The notes: a model not told the origin generated them from the sequence alone. Positions 9,909-20,624 are shown, counted from the first letter of the stretch. The stretch: 64,000 nt of DNA from an uncultured delta proteobacterium (GCA_963769935.1 CAVYNY010000032.1:160001-224000), one strand, 5' to 3'. Made by a program: numbers and translations.

Positions 9909-11411
9909 TTGAATCTTTCCAGCATTATCGATCGGGCAGCCATAAATTTTGCGGACAAGACCGCTTTGGTCACAGATCGACACCGCTTTACCTACGGGCA
10001 CCTCAAATCTGCGATGGAGCGGATCGCTTTTTACCTCAGCGGGCATGGTATTGGCCGTGGAGACAGGGTCGCAATTTTTATGCCCAACCGCCCGGAATGG
10101 GTGGCGGCCTATTACGGAATCATCCGGCTGGGCGCTGTGGCGGTCTGCGTAAGTTCAGCTTACAAACATAAGGAATTGGAGCATCTATTAAATGATTGTC
10201 CGGTCTCGCTGTTGATAACCTGTGACGAGCTGTTGCCCCAGGTTCCGCAACGGGAGGCGGTCCCGAGCTTGAAAGATGTGGTTGTTTGGGAAAATGACAG
10301 AGGTATGGCATCTATTTTCGACAGCCGGTCGGCCCCAAGCAAACCCTTTTTACCGGTGGATTGCGATATAAACGACGAATGTGCGATTCTTTTTACCGGC
10401 GGTACGACCGGCACGCCCAAAGGCGCGATGTTGACCCACCGCAATATTTTATACAGCGCCCAGAACGTATGTTACCATGAACGGGCGGTTCCGGATGATG
10501 TGGCCCTATGTTTTTTACCCTTAAACCATGTGTTTGGCGGCGTTCACATCATGAATTCCACGCTTTACGGTTGCGGCACCCTGGTGCTTCACAAAAGCTT
10601 CGATATGGACCGGCTGCTTTCCTCAATTCAAAGTGAGAAAATCACGCGTCTCTATTCCGTTCCGACCGTATATATCCGCTTATTGGGCACTACCGACAGC
10701 CGCAAGTATCTTACTTCGGTCCATTACTGCTTTTCGGCGGCTGCGAGCATGGCCTCTGAAATCGTGCGCCGGTGGCAGGAAAAATTCAACCTGATCATAC
10801 ACGAAGCTTATGGAATGACCGAAACGTCGTCGCTGGTTACCTTTAACCACCTTTACCGTCATAAGATCGGATCGGTGGGCACCCCGGCGGGCATCGTCGA
10901 AATAAAAATAGTGGACCCGGAAGACAACGAACTGCCTCCCGGCGAATCCGGTGAAATCATCATTCGCGGTCCCAATATCATGAAAGGGTATTTCAACAAG
11001 GCCGAAGAGACCGGCAAGGTATTGCACAACGGATGGCTGCACTCCGGAGACATCGGCCGGTTGGACGAGGGTGGGTACTTGTATATCGTGGACCGCATCA
11101 AAGACCTGATCATCAGCGGCGGGTTGAACGTCTACCCGGCGGAAGTCGAGGAAATCCTTTACACCCACCCGGCGGTCGAAGAGTGCGCGGTGATCGGCAT
11201 GCCGCACATCGAATATGGCGAGGCGGTTTCTGCGTTTGTTAAAAGAAAGCAAGGGCGCGAGTGCTCCGAAAAGGATTTAATCGATTACTGCAAAAAAAAC
11301 ATTGCCTCCTACAAATCACCCAAGAAAATCCTGTTTGTTGAGGAGTTGCCAAAATCTCCGGCCGGAAAGATTTTAAAACGTGAAATTCGCAAATCATTTT
11401 CAGGAGAATGA
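9909..11411 (+). CDS. Acyl-CoA synthetase / CoA ligase (AMP-binding)
   Basis: FTGGTTGTPKG, YGMTET, GWLHSGD, GGLNVYP, PKSPAGKILK; TTG start. Confidence 0.92.
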   Translation: MNLSSIIDRAAINFADKTALVTDRHRFTYGHLKSAMERIAFYLSGHGIGRGDRVAIFMPNRPEWVAAYYGIIRLGAVAVCVSSAYKHKELEHLLNDCPVSLLITCDELLPQVPQREAVPSLKDVVVWENDRGMASIFDSRSAPSKPFLPVDCDINDECAILFTGGTTGTPKGAMLTHRNILYSAQNVCYHERAVPDDVALCFLPLNHVFGGVHIMNSTLYGCGTLVLHKSFDMDRLLSSIQSEKITRLYSVPTVYIRLLGTTDSRKYLTSVHYCFSAAASMASEIVRRWQEKFNLIIHEAYGMTETSSLVTFNHLYRHKIGSVGTPAGIVEIKIVDPEDNELPPGESGEIIIRGPNIMKGYFNKAEETGKVLHNGWLHSGDIGRLDEGGYLYIVDRIKDLIISGGLNVYPAEVEEILYTHPAVEECAVIGMPHIEYGEAVSAFVKRKQGRECSEKDLIDYCKKNIASYKSPKKILFVEELPKSPAGKILKREIRKSFSGE

Positions 11412-11431
11412 TTGGTTGGAAATTATAAAAG

Positions 11432-12253
11432 ATGGAAGCGGAAAGAAGCATCTTACTGCAAGTTGACCGATTGTTGCTCAGTTTCGGCGGTGTTTTTGCC
11501 CTTAATGAAGTCAGCCTGAACGTCAGGGAGAATGAAATCCTGGCAATTATTGGACCGAATGGGGCCGGCAAAACCGCCCTGCTCAACTGCATCAACGGCT
11601 TCTACAAACCCCAGGAGGGCGAGATCTACTTCGATGGAAAAAAAATTACCCGTATGCGCCCCGATAAACTGACCAAGCTCGGCATTGCACGAACTTTCCA
11701 GAACATCGAGCTATACACGGGGCTCAGCACCCAGGATAACATCATGGCTGCCCGGCATGTGCTGATGAAGCAGAATTTCATTGACGGTGCGCTCTACTTT
11801 GGCCGGGCGCTGCGGGAAGAAATCGTGCACCGCCAGGTTGTTGAGGAGATTATCGACTTTCTGGAAATGGCGCCGATGAGAAAACGAGTCGTTGGCGTAT
11901 TGCCGTACGGAATGCAGAAAAGAGTCGAGCTGGGAAGAGCACTGGCACTGGAACCGAAAGTTCTGCTGCTTGACGAGCCCATGGCCGGGATGAATCTGGA
12001 GGAAAAGGAGGACATTGCCCGCTTCATTCTTGATATCTTTGAAGGACAGGGAGCCACCTATCCGGACACCGCGGTTCTCAGGGATGGGATTCGCAGCATC
12101 ATTTTGGTCGAACATGATATGGGGGTGGTGATGGACATTGCCGACAGGATTGTGGTTCTTGATTTCGGACGCAAGATTGCCGAGGGAACGCCGGATGAGA
12201 TTAAAGCGAATCCGGAGGTTATCAGTGCCTATCTTGGGAAGCAAGAAACCTGA
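11432..12253 (+). CDS. LIV-type ABC ATP-binding protein (LivG-like)
   Basis: GPNGAGKT, ARTFQN, LLLDEP, VEHDM. Confidence 0.92.
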   Translation: MEAERSILLQVDRLLLSFGGVFALNEVSLNVRENEILAIIGPNGAGKTALLNCINGFYKPQEGEIYFDGKKITRMRPDKLTKLGIARTFQNIELYTGLSTQDNIMAARHVLMKQNFIDGALYFGRALREEIVHRQVVEEIIDFLEMAPMRKRVVGVLPYGMQKRVELGRALALEPKVLLLDEPMAGMNLEEKEDIARFILDIFEGQGATYPDTAVLRDGIRSIILVEHDMGVVMDIADRIVVLDFGRKIAEGTPDEIKANPEVISAYLGKQET

Positions 12254-12337
12254 ATCCTTTGATATATAGAAGTATCCGTAACCATCAGCCACAATCGTCG
12301 ACCAAGGCCTTTGTGGGTCTGAAGGCATGCAAACAAA

Positions 12338-13132
12338 ATGCTGCAAGTCTCCAATATTGAAGTCGTCTATATGAATGTTATCCGGGTGCTGCGCGGTGTA
12401 TCGCTGACGGTGACCGACGGCCAGATCGTTGCGCTGCTCGGAGCAAACGGCGGCGGTAAAACGACAACACTCAAGGCCATCTCGGGGATGCTCAAAACCG
12501 AAGAGGGCGAGGTCACCGAAGGCAGCATCGAGTTTGAGGGCAAGCGTATAGACCATTTCGGTCCCGAACGAATTGCCGTTCTCGGCATCAGCCAGGCCAT
12601 GGAAGGACGCCGGGTTCTCGAGCACCTCAGCGTAGAGGAGAACCTGCTTGTCGGCGCTTACCGTCGCAAAGACCGCCAGGGAGTCAAGCAGGATCTCGAA
12701 ATGGTCTTTGACTATTTCCCGCCCATGAAACGACTCTGTCGCCGGATGAGCGGTTATCTATCCGGCGGTGAACAGCAGATGCTGGTCATCGGACGGGCAC
12801 TGATGGCCCGTCCCAAACTGATGCTGCTGGATGAGCCCTCGCTTGGTCTCGCGCCGCTGATGGTGCAGGAAATTTATGAAATCATCCAGAAAATCAATGA
12901 CGAGCAAAAAATGGCCATTCTTCTTGTGGAGCAAAACGTCAGAGCCGCCCTGGGCATCGCCGATTACGGCCATGTTCTGGAAAACGGCCGCATAGTTTTA
13001 AGCGGCTCGGCGGAGAATTTAATAGACAATCAGGAGGTGCGCGAATTTTATATGGGGCTGTCAAAGGCTGGCTCCCAGAAGAGTTACCGTGAAGTCAAGC
13101 ACTACCGCCGTAAAAAGCGGTGGTTGGGTTAA
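12338..13132 (+). CDS. LIV-type ABC ATP-binding protein (LivF-like)
   Basis: GANGGGKTT, LSGGEQQML, LDEPSLGL, VEQN. Confidence 0.92.
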   Translation: MLQVSNIEVVYMNVIRVLRGVSLTVTDGQIVALLGANGGGKTTTLKAISGMLKTEEGEVTEGSIEFEGKRIDHFGPERIAVLGISQAMEGRRVLEHLSVEENLLVGAYRRKDRQGVKQDLEMVFDYFPPMKRLCRRMSGYLSGGEQQMLVIGRALMARPKLMLLDEPSLGLAPLMVQEIYEIIQKINDEQKMAILLVEQNVRAALGIADYGHVLENGRIVLSGSAENLIDNQEVREFYMGLSKAGSQKSYREVKHYRRKKRWLG

Positions 13133-13162
13133 TCCCCGGATAAACCGGTCAGTAACCCAGAG

Positions 13163-13492
13163 TGCAGGTGTCAGGTGTCAGGTTGCAGAAAGGAGAGTCA
13201 GTAGAACCTCGTGTGAAACTAGATCTCACACAGAGCGCTCAGAGATCACAGAGGTCAGGGTTTATAGCCGTCCGCGGCGAAAGGAAAATGTTCTCTGCGG
13301 TCTCTGTGAGCTCTAACGGCTTGTCGGGTCGTCTTGTCCCGGCGTAGCTCGTAGAGCGAAGTCGGAAGCTCGAAGAGCGAAGCCTGAAAGTGGGCGTGAG
13401 ATTAGATCCAACTGTGTCCGAGTTCCTAAAACTTTCTTTTTCGATCAAACCGGACGCTCAGCGGCCAGCGGCTGGGCTGACACCTGCAACCT
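13163..13492. repeat. Composite MITE/REP-like element with terminal inverted repeats TGCAGGTGTCAG...CTGACACCTGCA
   Basis: Terminal IR; inner cacagag/ctctgtg arms; module 13333-13369 recurs inverted at ~41293-41329; 3' module resembles 37050-37110. Confidence 0.7.
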
Positions 13493-13555
13493 TATTTTCT
13501 GACAACATTTTACCGTTGGAGCCGGATACGGGACTACGCCTGTATCAAGGGGGAA

Positions 13556-15493
13556 ATGACGATCAGGATGGAGCAAATCTACCGGGATAAGGGCGATACC
13601 TGGCCCAAGGTACTCACCTACAATTACGAGAAATACGGCGATGAGCGCAGGGCCATGCGTCACAAGCACTATGGTGTCTGGCAGCCTTATACCTGGAAGG
13701 ACTACTATCTCAATGTCAAACATCTGGCACTTGGTCTGCTGGCTTTTGGTTTTGAGCCCGGAGACAATTTGCTGATTATCGGGGACAATGCCCCCCAGTG
13801 GTACTACGCCGAGCTGGCGGCTCAGGCCAATCACGGTCTGTCCGTGGGATTGTTTTCCGAGCTGCTGCCGTCGGAAATAAAATACATTGCGGATAACTGC
13901 GAGGCCCGGTTTGCGGTCGTTGAAGGCCAGGAGCAGGTCGATAAGCTTCTTGAAATTAAAGACGCACTCCCCCTTCTCAAAAAAGTTATATACTGGAACT
14001 ACAAGGGGCTGGCTCACTATGAGGATGAGATTCTGGCCGGATACGGGGAAACTCAGAAACTGGGGGAAACCTATGAGGCTGGACACCCCGGGCTCTTCGA
14101 GCAGAACGTGGCAACCGGCACAGCGGATGACGGATGCGCTATCATTTACACTGCGGGAACAACCGGGGCCGTGCCCAAAGGAGCCGTCCACACCTACCGC
14201 ACGTTGAAGGCGGGCGCCGGCTATCTGCTGCAGCTGGATCAATGGTCTGAGGATGATAATGTCGTCCCCTACCTGCCGCCCGTATGGATAAACGAGCAAT
14301 GGATCAGCATCGGCTGTCACCTGTTATCGGCCAGCATGCTGAACTTTGCCGAAGCGTCGGAAACCCAGCAGCGGGACAGCAGGGAAACAGGACCGAGTAT
14401 CGTATTTTACGGGGCGCGGCTATGGGAAAGCCAGGCGGCCGCAGTGCGGGCACGAATTCTCGCGTCTGATACCGTCAAGCGCCTTGCTTACCGGCTCTTG
14501 ATGCCGCTCGGCTATAAGGCCGCCGAATTGAGATATCAAAAAAGAAAACCGGACCTGTCCCTGAAAGTGCTTTGTTATTTCGCTGATGCCTTCCTGTTCA
14601 GGTCCATCAGACGCAGCCTGGGTTTGTCAAATGCCAGGATCTGTTATACGACCGGGGCGATACTCAGCCCGGATGCCTTCAAGTTCTACCACGCCCTGAA
14701 TATTCCGCTCAAAAGTCTGTATGGAACAACCGAGGGCGGGGCGCTCACCGGCGCCAGCAATGCTGAGATCCATTTTGAGACGGTCGGGCCTCCTCACGCG
14801 GGAACAGAAGTAAGCATCAGCACAACCGGTGAAATAAAATATCGGCAGCCGGGTATTTTTACCGGATACTACAAAGACCCCGCAGGGACGGCTGCCGTGC
14901 TGAAAGACGGGTGGTTTCACAGCGGCGACGGCGGCTCGATTCGGGAAGATGGGCACATTGTTTTTACGGATCGGCTCCAAGACATTGTGGAACTTCCCGG
15001 TGGCTATAAAGTGGCCCCCCAGTTTATTGAAAGCCGGCTGAAATCCAGATCCCATATAAAAGATGCCTGGGTAACGGCCGGCCCGCAATGTGCCTACCTT
15101 GCGGCGATTATCGTCATTAACTATAATAACGTCAGCAGATGGGCGGGACAGAACAGAGTGGCGTTTACCTCCTTCGCCGAACTTTGCCAGGCGCCCGAAG
15201 TTTACGACCTGGTAAGACAGGACATTGCAAGCGTCAACCAGACGATGCCCGCCGGCGGCAGGATAAAAAAATTCATCAACCTCCCCAAGGAGTTCGACCC
15301 CGACGAAGGCGAGCTGACCAGAACCAGAAACCTGAGAAGAGCTTTCCTGGATGAACGCTACCGCAGCTATGTGGATGCCATAAAAAATGACAGTGACGCG
15401 GTGCCGCTGGATGCCCGGGACGGGAATCGTGACGGAGGGACGGGTGCCATCCAGACATGGCTTCGAATCCAGTCTGTCGAAGGAGCCGGCTGA
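13556..15493 (+). CDS. Long-chain acyl-CoA synthetase-like AMP-binding protein inside the ABC operon
   Basis: YTAGTTGAVPKG, YGTTE, DGWFHSGD, KEFDPDEGELTRT. Confidence 0.88.
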   Translation: MTIRMEQIYRDKGDTWPKVLTYNYEKYGDERRAMRHKHYGVWQPYTWKDYYLNVKHLALGLLAFGFEPGDNLLIIGDNAPQWYYAELAAQANHGLSVGLFSELLPSEIKYIADNCEARFAVVEGQEQVDKLLEIKDALPLLKKVIYWNYKGLAHYEDEILAGYGETQKLGETYEAGHPGLFEQNVATGTADDGCAIIYTAGTTGAVPKGAVHTYRTLKAGAGYLLQLDQWSEDDNVVPYLPPVWINEQWISIGCHLLSASMLNFAEASETQQRDSRETGPSIVFYGARLWESQAAAVRARILASDTVKRLAYRLLMPLGYKAAELRYQKRKPDLSLKVLCYFADAFLFRSIRRSLGLSNARICYTTGAILSPDAFKFYHALNIPLKSLYGTTEGGALTGASNAEIHFETVGPPHAGTEVSISTTGEIKYRQPGIFTGYYKDPAGTAAVLKDGWFHSGDGGSIREDGHIVFTDRLQDIVELPGGYKVAPQFIESRLKSRSHIKDAWVTAGPQCAYLAAIIVINYNNVSRWAGQNRVAFTSFAELCQAPEVYDLVRQDIASVNQTMPAGGRIKKFINLPKEFDPDEGELTRTRNLRRAFLDERYRSYVDAIKNDSDAVPLDARDGNRDGGTGAIQTWLRIQSVEGAG

Positions 15494-16380
15494 TGACCTT
15501 TTTTCTGCAACTAATCGTGACAGGCTTTGCCCAGGGCATGATCTATGCGCTGATCGCCATCGGCTTTGTAATCATTCTGAAATGCTCTGAGGTGTTTAAC
15601 ATTGCCCAGGGACACTTTGTTTTGATCGGCGGCTATCTCGGCTGGACCTTTCTGGTACCGCTGGGATTACCGGTATGGGCAGCTCTTCTGGCGGCAATTG
15701 CAACGGCCGTCATTATGGGGTTGCTGATCGAGCGGCTGATGCTGCGCCCGATGGTCGGGCAGCCGGTACTGGCCGTCGTCATGATGACCATCGCGCTTTC
15801 CACGGTATTGGGCGGGCTGGCAACTCTGCTCTGGGGCGCCGAATACAAAGCGTATCATGGATTACTGCCGACGATAAACATGAAAGTCGGTTCCATATCA
15901 ATTCCTTCGGAATCTTTGATCGGACTTATCGTCTCTGTTATCTGCGTGGCGATACTGATGTTTGTTTTTCGCTGCACCAAAATAGGACTGGCCATGCGGG
16001 CCACGGCCGAAGATTTGCAGGTGGTGCAAAGCGTGGGTATTAAGGCGACAACCGTCTACGCCGTTTCATGGGTTATTGCCAGTGTCGTCGGTGTCATCGG
16101 CGGCATTCTGCTGGCGGGCGTATCCGGAGCGAATATGGAACTCGCCGATATCGGCCTCAAGGCCTTCGCTGTCGTGTTGTTGGGTGGGGTCAACTCCGTC
16201 GGCGGAGCTATTGTCGCCGGAGTCATACTGGGGATGTTGGAAAACGTTGCGGCCGGGTATCTGGACCCATTGCTGCCCGGCGGCGGCCTGGCCCAGGTAT
16301 TGCCTTTTTTCGTGATGATCATCGTCCTGGTCTTCAGGCCCCACGGACTCTTTGGCCTTGCACAGATAGAAAGGGTTTAG
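15493..16380 (+). CDS. LIV-type ABC permease (LivH-like)
   Basis: GMIYALIAIGF, FNIAQG, GLAMRATAED, FRPHGLFG; translationally coupled at 15493. Confidence 0.92.
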   Translation: MTFFLQLIVTGFAQGMIYALIAIGFVIILKCSEVFNIAQGHFVLIGGYLGWTFLVPLGLPVWAALLAAIATAVIMGLLIERLMLRPMVGQPVLAVVMMTIALSTVLGGLATLLWGAEYKAYHGLLPTINMKVGSISIPSESLIGLIVSVICVAILMFVFRCTKIGLAMRATAEDLQVVQSVGIKATTVYAVSWVIASVVGVIGGILLAGVSGANMELADIGLKAFAVVLLGGVNSVGGAIVAGVILGMLENVAAGYLDPLLPGGGLAQVLPFFVMIIVLVFRPHGLFGLAQIERV

Positions 16381-16383
16381 CCA

Positions 16384-17439
16384 ATGGGTTTGTATGCCGG
16401 AACTTTTCACGAAAATTATGCAGAGGATATGGCCGTTTTTCAGTCCAAGCTGCAGTGGGGCGCTGCGGCGGCGCTGGTTCTCTTATTGGGCACCTGTCCT
16501 CTCTTTTTCAGCGACAGGATGCTGACCATTCTGACTACAATAGGTATCGCCGTTGTCAGCGTCCTCGGCCTGAATATTCTCACCGGTTACTGCGGCCAGA
16601 TATCTATCGGTCATTCGGGGTTTATGGCGGTCGGTGGTTATACCTCCGCAATTTTGTGCGCCAAGCTCGGCTGGCCATTCTGGGCAGCGCTCCCCTGCGG
16701 TGCCATGGCGGCGGGACTTGCAGGCCTGCTCTTCGGCCTGCCGTCATTAAAAATCAAGGGCTTTTATCTTATTATGGCGACCATTGCGGCCCAATTTATT
16801 ATTATCTGGATCATCATACAGCTGCGCAGTATCACCGGTGGTACGGATGGGTTGCTTGTGCCCAAGCCGATGCTGGGGCCTATCGCGCTGAGTTCCAAGA
16901 CCAACTATTACTACCTGGTGATGGTTTTTGCCGTTCTGGCGACGATCACGGCGCACAATATCGTCAGAACCAGGGCCGGCAGGGCCTTTATCGCCATCCG
17001 GGACAACGACTTGGCGGCGGAGGTCATGGGAGTCAGTCTGTGGAGCTACAAGCTGCAGGCATTTTTTATCGGCTGTATTTATGCCGGCGTGGCCGGATCG
17101 CTGCTGGTTCACTATGTAAGATTTGCCAGCACCGAACAATTTCCTTTTATGGATTCCGTGTGGTACTTGGGGATGTTGATCGTGGGAGGAATGGGCAGCA
17201 CGGCAGGCGCGATCTTTGGTGTGATTGCCCTCAAACTGCTGGATGAACTCGTCACCATTGTCGGACCGATCCTGGCCGCCGCCGTTGCCCCGCAGGCAGC
17301 TGCTTCTTTGGCGCTTATTTCCCACGGCCTGATTATCATCATCTTCCTTATCTTCGAACCCCGGGGGCTTCACCACCGCTGGGAAATGGTCAAAACCTAC
17401 TTCAGGTTGTGGCCGTTTTCCCATGAAGCATCGGAATAA
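16384..17439 (+). CDS. LIV-type ABC permease (LivM-like)
   Basis: GLNILTGYCGQISIGHSGF, GRAFIAIRDN, FEPRGL. Confidence 0.92.
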   Translation: MGLYAGTFHENYAEDMAVFQSKLQWGAAAALVLLLGTCPLFFSDRMLTILTTIGIAVVSVLGLNILTGYCGQISIGHSGFMAVGGYTSAILCAKLGWPFWAALPCGAMAAGLAGLLFGLPSLKIKGFYLIMATIAAQFIIIWIIIQLRSITGGTDGLLVPKPMLGPIALSSKTNYYYLVMVFAVLATITAHNIVRTRAGRAFIAIRDNDLAAEVMGVSLWSYKLQAFFIGCIYAGVAGSLLVHYVRFASTEQFPFMDSVWYLGMLIVGGMGSTAGAIFGVIALKLLDELVTIVGPILAAAVAPQAAASLALISHGLIIIIFLIFEPRGLHHRWEMVKTYFRLWPFSHEASE

Positions 17440-17565
17440 AATATCGGCGACCCACATCGTTTCTGTTGGCCGCCATTGTTACTGCCCTACACGGTGAATG
17501 GGAGAAAAACCCTCGCCTTTAGGAGAAAACTTTAACCAAACCAAGGACCCAAAAGGAGGTAAATT

Positions 17566-18822
17566 ATGGGTAGAATCAAATGGATGTCAGCAGTTGCCAC
17601 GATTTTTTTGATGGTAGCGACGACTTTGTTGCCGGTCAATGCGCAAGCAGAGAAAGTGCTGTATGTCGGCGGTACCCAGTCGCTGACCGGACCCTTTGCC
17701 GAAGATTCAGCGGCCGTCCTGGCCGGCATCGAGGACTATGTCGCCTATGTCAATGAGACCAAAAGCCTGGCTCCGTGGCGCGATGAGAAATTTCCCGCCG
17801 ATGTAAAACTGGAGGTACTGTGGCGGGATGACGAGCTCAAGCCGCCCAAGGCGCTGTCGATATACGAAGAACTCAAAGCCAAGGGGATGCTGGTCGCCCG
17901 GATATCGGGATCCCCCATAGCCCTGGCGCTCAAAGACCGATTATGGGAAGACCAGATGGGAGCCACCAGCATGGCCAGTGGATCCTACCTTTTGACCCCG
18001 CCGCAAAGTATTTTTACCTATTACCCGATCTATACCGATTCCTGTGCCGCCATCGCTGACTGGTTCAAGGCGAACTGGAAGGAAACGAGAAAACCGAGAG
18101 TTGCCTACCTGACGGCCGACAACGCCATGGGCCGTTCGCTTGAGATCCCGGAAATGAAAGCCTATCTTGAAAAGATCGGTTATGAGTTTGTGGGCACCCA
18201 GTATGTGCCGCTGGTACCGACATCGCCGCCCACCACCCAGCTTACGTGGCTGAAACAAAAGGGCGTCGATCTTGCCTTGGGTGTGATGATCAATCCCGGT
18301 GCGCAACCAACGGTCAAGGAGATGGTCAGACTGGGGATGGGACCGCAGCTGGAATATAAAATGACTTTCGGTACCGCTCTGCCGGGACACGCCGCCGTGT
18401 TCGCCGAGGCCATGGGCGAATTGGGTGACGGTTATGTCTGTGCCGGCAGCTTTCGCCCTCTGGACGACCTCTCTACCCCCGGAGTAAAATTTTGCAACGA
18501 CCTGCAGGACCATTATCGCGCCGATAAGCGGATTACGCACATCATGTACGAGGCGGGAATTCTGGAAGGCATGATCCAGGTCGAAGCGCTGCGGCTTGCA
18601 ATGGAGAACGTACCTTTTGAAAAGCTTACACCGCGTGCCGTGCTGGAGGAAGGTTTCTACCGGATCAAAAACCTCGATACCGGTGAAATCAGCAGTACGC
18701 CATTGACCTATGGCAAGGGCGATATCGAGGGGGTTGATGAGATCCGTATCGATCAGGTGCAGAATGGCAAATCCGTGAAAGTAGGCAGCGCCCCCGTGCG
18801 CCATATTTATACAAAAAAATGA
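17566..18822 (+). CDS. LIV-type ABC substrate-binding protein
   Basis: Signal peptide, SLTGPFA, AGGAGG RBS, end of LIV operon. Confidence 0.85.
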   Translation: MGRIKWMSAVATIFLMVATTLLPVNAQAEKVLYVGGTQSLTGPFAEDSAAVLAGIEDYVAYVNETKSLAPWRDEKFPADVKLEVLWRDDELKPPKALSIYEELKAKGMLVARISGSPIALALKDRLWEDQMGATSMASGSYLLTPPQSIFTYYPIYTDSCAAIADWFKANWKETRKPRVAYLTADNAMGRSLEIPEMKAYLEKIGYEFVGTQYVPLVPTSPPTTQLTWLKQKGVDLALGVMINPGAQPTVKEMVRLGMGPQLEYKMTFGTALPGHAAVFAEAMGELGDGYVCAGSFRPLDDLSTPGVKFCNDLQDHYRADKRITHIMYEAGILEGMIQVEALRLAMENVPFEKLTPRAVLEEGFYRIKNLDTGEISSTPLTYGKGDIEGVDEIRIDQVQNGKSVKVGSAPVRHIYTKK

Positions 18823-18923
18823 GCTATAACTAATCCATTCGGACTAAATACTGTCCAGGGGCTAAAACTTAAAAAACGATAGAGCCCCTGGACATAAAAA
18901 GACAGGGCAAGGAGCCAATCCAG

Positions 18924-19667
18924 ATGATGCTCACCAAAGAACAAACAGCCATATTGCATAAATTTGATTTCGACCTACCGCCGGTGGGAATTAAATTTCT
19001 GGCCAAACCGCCGGACATGGTCGAACCGTTAGCAGAGAAGATGGCTTTCTGCGAAATGCTCAAGAGAGCCCAGCAGGGAAATGCCTTTTTTGCCGATGCT
19101 GAAAACCATGCCTGCGAAGCGGGATCGTATGTACTCGGGCAGGCAGATGCACCCGAACCATTCATAAACGGGGAATTCGGAGCCGGGCTGCAAATCTACG
19201 AAGCGCCCCGAACCGCAAGCCGGCTCTACCAGCACATTCCCAAAATAGGCAAAGGCGTCGTTCATTATGTGGCCTTCGCCCCATTGGACAAGCTTAACTT
19301 CGATGCGGATATATTGATTCTCCTCGCCGACACGCATCAGACGGAAATCCTGCTGCGGGCAATGAGTTACAAAACAGGGCAAATGTGGATCAGCAGGTAC
19401 ACACCTGCCATAGGATGCGCATGGATCTATATTTATCCATATCTCAGCGGGGAACTCAATTATACCATCTCGGGTCTCGGCCATGGGATGAAGCGCAGAG
19501 AGCTGTTTCCAGCAGGCCGCCAGATCATATCCATCCCCTTTGATCTGTTGCCGTCACTGATCCAAACATTGCAGGAGATGCCATGGGTCCTCCCTGCCTA
19601 TAAACCCGACGGACTGGAATTTGTCAGGCGGCTAACGGATAAATTGGGCATTACCGCGTCCGAGTAA
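18924..19667 (+). CDS. DUF169-family protein
   Basis: PPVGIKF, FCEML, HACEAGSYVLG, IGCAW pattern. Confidence 0.7.
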   Translation: MMLTKEQTAILHKFDFDLPPVGIKFLAKPPDMVEPLAEKMAFCEMLKRAQQGNAFFADAENHACEAGSYVLGQADAPEPFINGEFGAGLQIYEAPRTASRLYQHIPKIGKGVVHYVAFAPLDKLNFDADILILLADTHQTEILLRAMSYKTGQMWISRYTPAIGCAWIYIYPYLSGELNYTISGLGHGMKRRELFPAGRQIISIPFDLLPSLIQTLQEMPWVLPAYKPDGLEFVRRLTDKLGITASE

Positions 19668-19677
19668 CGGAAATGCT

Positions 19678-19758
19678 TTGAATCTTTCCAGTATTATCGA
19701 CCGGGGTGCCCTAAATTACCTGCCAAGGGTCGCTTTAGTCCTCGGCAGCAGGCGCTAA
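19678..19758 (+). pseudogene. 26-codon relic of an acyl-CoA ligase 5' end, paralogous to 9909
   Basis: LNLSSIIDRGALNYLPRVALVLGSRR* vs MNLSSIIDRAAINFADKTALVTDRHR; DNA ttgaatctttccag(t/c)attatcga shared. Confidence 0.75.
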
Positions 19759-19770
19759 ACATATAAGAAT

Positions 19771-20556
19771 TTAATTTTGATGGCTTCGCTTGCCCATGAG
19801 CTGTTCCTGGATCCGCCGGCTGATGGTTTTGGCCGCCTTTTGGGTTTCCCCGGCTACGGCTTTCATCTTTTTTTCATCCAGACTTGCTTTGAATCCAACC
19901 GCCCAGATGGCCGACCGCAGTTGACCCAATCCCGTCAGCGGCGCCGCCACGGCCCAGACGCCCAGAATATATTCTTCATCATCAACGGCATAGCCATTTT
20001 GCCGGACCCGGACGAGTTCCTCCAAATACAGCTTCGCATCAACAATCGAATTGACCGTAAAACGGGGCAGCCCTTTTAGTTTAATCATCCCGGCCGCCTG
20101 CTCCGCATCCATGGACGCCAGAAAAACCTTGCCGACCGCTCCGGCAATCAGGGGTATGGTTGAACCTACCGGAGCCGTGATTTTGAGGTCCTGTTTTGAT
20201 TCAACAATGTCCAGGATGGTTGCATGGCCGCCGTTCAGGATCCCGAGAAAGACCGATGTTCGGGTCTTTTCCATCAGGTCTTCGATGACCGGTCTGGCCG
20301 AGGTCTTCAGGTCGACCTGCGCATAAGCTGCGCGACCGATTTCCAGCAGCGTGAAGCCCAGTTTATATTTTTTGGTCAGCGGGTCCCGCATCACGGCCCC
20401 CACCTCTTCCAGGGCCGAAGTCATACCGTGGACGGTGCTTTTGGCCAACTTGAGGTTCTGGGCCAGTTCGCTGACGCCCAAGCCCGCTTTAGATGAGGAA
20501 ATGGCGCCCAGGATTGCAAAAGCCTTTTTTACCGAAGGTGCTCCGTATTTTTTCAT
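19771..20556 (-). CDS. IclR-family transcriptional regulator
   Basis: SVKKAFAIL..GVSELAQNLKLAKSTVHG HTH; GAVGKVFLA; GYAVDDEEYILGVWAVAAP. Confidence 0.95.
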   Translation of the reverse strand: MKKYGAPSVKKAFAILGAISSSKAGLGVSELAQNLKLAKSTVHGMTSALEEVGAVMRDPLTKKYKLGFTLLEIGRAAYAQVDLKTSARPVIEDLMEKTRTSVFLGILNGGHATILDIVESKQDLKITAPVGSTIPLIAGAVGKVFLASMDAEQAAGMIKLKGLPRFTVNSIVDAKLYLEELVRVRQNGYAVDDEEYILGVWAVAAPLTGLGQLRSAIWAVGFKASLDEKKMKAVAGETQKAAKTISRRIQEQLMGKRSHQN

Positions 20557-20587
20557 GATTTGCGTTCACCGTTATAAATTTTTCTGC

Positions 20588-20616
20588 AGGATATTATCCG
20601 ATCTCGTTTTTGTCAA
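20588..20616 (-). promoter_or_regulatory. iclR promoter TTGACA-N17-TATCCT
   Basis: Consensus -35 with 17-bp spacing on the minus strand. Confidence 0.55.
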
Positions 20617-20624
20617 GCAATTTT

